A stretch of DNA of 64,000 bases from Burkholderiales bacterium (lineage in GTDB: Bacteria > Pseudomonadota > Gammaproteobacteria > Burkholderiales > Ga0077523), in NCBI GenBank assembly GCA_044339985.1, contig JBIIUM010000001.1, positions 2,895 through 66,894 of the forward strand. The letters run 5' to 3'. The position numbers were made by a program, and so were the translations under genes. Positions 62,751-64,000 of this stretch are shown here, piece after piece. Below the pieces are notes generated by a model. That model was not told where the DNA came from. It was given only the letters and a program-made list of their open reading frames with translations, and made no database searches. Position 1 is the first letter of the stretch. Every line of letters begins with the position of its first letter.

Positions 62751-64000
62751 AGGCCTTGGCGAGGGCCTTTATGGTCTCGACCCTGTCCTTCGCCGTGCCC
62801 ATGCCCAGTACGGCAGCGGTGACCCTTAGCGCTGCGCGAATCTGGCCTGCGGCCGAATACACCCGCATCACTCTTGAAGCGTCCGAGGCCATCTCTCACA
62901 GGGTGACGACGCTCCAATCGCCGCCACGACTCATCGTAGATCTCGATGAGGTGGAAGGATCCACGGTGCTCGATGGCCTGGTTGCGCGAATCTCGCCCAA
63001 CGACCCGCACGTGCGGAGCTTACGCGCAGGCCGCTTCAAGCCTGGCACGGTCCGATTGGTGTTCGACCTCAAGGTGGATGTGCGCCCGCAATCTTTTCTA
63101 CTGCGCCCGGTAGGGGACTACGGCTACCGGTTGGTGCTGGACCTGTACCCCGTCCCGGCACGGGATCCCATCCTGGAGTTGCTGAACGACACCGCTGCTT
63201 CCGGGCGCAGCTTGGCCTCTTCGGCGCCCTTGGCTGCCATTGACGGCGCCCAGTCACCGCAAGCGCCTGCGGCCCCAAGCTCGCTTGCCGGCCCCGCAGG
63301 TGCAGACCAGCCCCCTGGCGGACGTGACAACACCGCCACGCCCGGGCGCCCCGCCCCAGTGCGTGAACCTGCCCGGATTGCCCTGATCGCCATCGACGCT
63401 GGCCACGGCGGCGAGGATCCCGGGGCCCGCGGACGCTTGGGCACGCAGGAGAAGGATGTGACACTCGCCATTGCCCGGCGCTTGAAGGAGCTGGTGGACG
63501 CCACGGATGGCATGCGTTCCTTCCTTGTGCGCGATGGAGACTACTTCGTGCCCCTGCATCAACGCGTTGCCAGGGCACGGGCGGCACAGGCCGACGTATT
63601 CGTATCCATACATGCTGACGCCTTCATCAAGCCCCATGCGCGCGGCTCCTCTGTGTTTGCCCTGTCCGAGCGCGGCGCCACGTCGGCTGCCGCTCGTTGG
63701 CTGGCCAAGCGCGAGAATGACGCCGACCTCATCGGCGGTGTGAACATCGACGTGCCAGACCCCATGCTCAAGCAGGTGCTGCTGGACCTTTCCCAGACGG
63801 CCACCATCAACGATGGTCTCAAGCTGGGGCGTGCGGTTCTGCACGAACTGGGCCAGCTCAACACGCTGCACAAGCGAGCAGTGGAACAGGCTGGGTTCGC
63901 GGTACTCAAGGCCCCGGATATCCCCTCGATCCTCGTGGAGACTGCGTTCATCAGCAATCCGGAGGAAGAAGAGAGACTGCGCGACGATGACTACCAGCAA
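62747..64000 (+). CDS. amiC: N-acetylmuramoyl-L-alanine amidase (AMIN domain plus amidase_3), C-terminal end beyond the window
   Basis: Own translation from ATG 62747 (ATGA overlap with the tsaE stop): MKALARAFMVSTLSFAVPMPSTAAVTLSAARIWPAAEYTRITLE...IAIDAGHGGEDPGA...SIHADAF...ILVETAFISNPEEE. Not in the ORF track because there is no stop in the window. Confidence 0.85.
   Translation, partial: MKALARAFMVSTLSFAVPMPSTAAVTLSAARIWPAAEYTRITLEASEAISHRVTTLQSPPRLIVDLDEVEGSTVLDGLVARISPNDPHVRSLRAGRFKPGTVRLVFDLKVDVRPQSFLLRPVGDYGYRLVLDLYPVPARDPILELLNDTAASGRSLASSAPLAAIDGAQSPQAPAAPSSLAGPAGADQPPGGRDNTATPGRPAPVREPARIALIAIDAGHGGEDPGARGRLGTQEKDVTLAIARRLKELVDATDGMRSFLVRDGDYFVPLHQRVARARAAQADVFVSIHADAFIKPHARGSSVFALSERGATSAAARWLAKRENDADLIGGVNIDVPDPMLKQVLLDLSQTATINDGLKLGRAVLHELGQLNTLHKRAVEQAGFAVLKAPDIPSILVETAFISNPEEEERLRDDDYQQ

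Noticed and set aside
1-64000. Search for CRISPR arrays, rRNA and tRNA genes, integrases, toxin-antitoxin pairs and restriction-modification or other defence modules
   Set aside because: By eye I found no regularly spaced direct repeats, no tRNA T-loop/acceptor patterns, no tyrosine or serine recombinase, and no nuclease, helicase or methylase combinations typical of defence systems. The island methyltransferases look like small-molecule (class I, type 11/12-like) enzymes, not DNA methylases. A computational scan (tRNAscan-SE, CRISPRCasFinder, DefenseFinder/PADLOC) would be needed to confirm the absence.

Overview
This is a high-GC chromosomal segment. Hand counts of sample 60-nt lines give about 68-75% GC in the core genes. 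Gene content and synteny look betaproteobacterial, possibly Rhodocyclales-like; that assignment is inference only.

Core genes present: NMO, a PhnZ-like HD protein, a TRAP transporter, prfC, rdgC, radA, alr, lplT, a LemA/TPM triad, tsaB-rimI-udg, a Zur-like regulator, a CDF exporter, a BKACE cluster, a cfa-like/flavoprotein pair, ompR-envZ, msrB, thpR, ispDF, mfd, flgHIJKL, ilvD and tsaE-amiC.

These flank an accessory island of about 14.3 kb (10848-25148) between rdgC and radA.
- The island is visibly lower in GC: about 47-58% at 13.0-19.7 kb and about 60-65% at 21.8-24.6 kb.
- It carries five IS3-family elements or remnants. One is intact, with an A7 -1 frameshift site. One IS2-like copy has a perfect 5-bp CACAG target duplication but a frameshifted orfB. 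Three are truncated or nested fragments.
- It encodes a translationally coupled minus-strand operon of glycan-tailoring-type enzymes with three paralog pairs: 2 SAM methyltransferases, 2 ATP-grasp enzymes (one destroyed by IS activity) and 2 Asp-box beta-propeller-like proteins. The operon also has a WbqC-like protein, an SDR epimerase, a metallophosphoesterase, a DegT aminotransferase and a 423-aa unknown protein.
- It lacks a recognisable nucleotidyltransferase, nonulosonate synthase or Wzx/Wzy/ABC exporter.

I regard this operon as the best candidate for an undescribed system in the window.

Other points worth a second look:
- A decayed 2-keto-4-pentenoate hydratase gene and a truncated GntR regulator.
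- A structured, terminator-bounded segment of about 130-190 nt downstream of the zur-like gene (sRNA or 3' UTR candidate).
- An HExxH (SprT/WLM-like) protein divergent from radA.
- A flg operon that starts at flgH behind a sigma-54 promoter and has a rod-binding-only FlgJ.
- An anomalous AT-rich patch inside tsaE.

No rRNA, tRNA or CRISPR array was seen. Many long ORFs in the track are antisense shadow ORFs typical of high-GC DNA and were not called.
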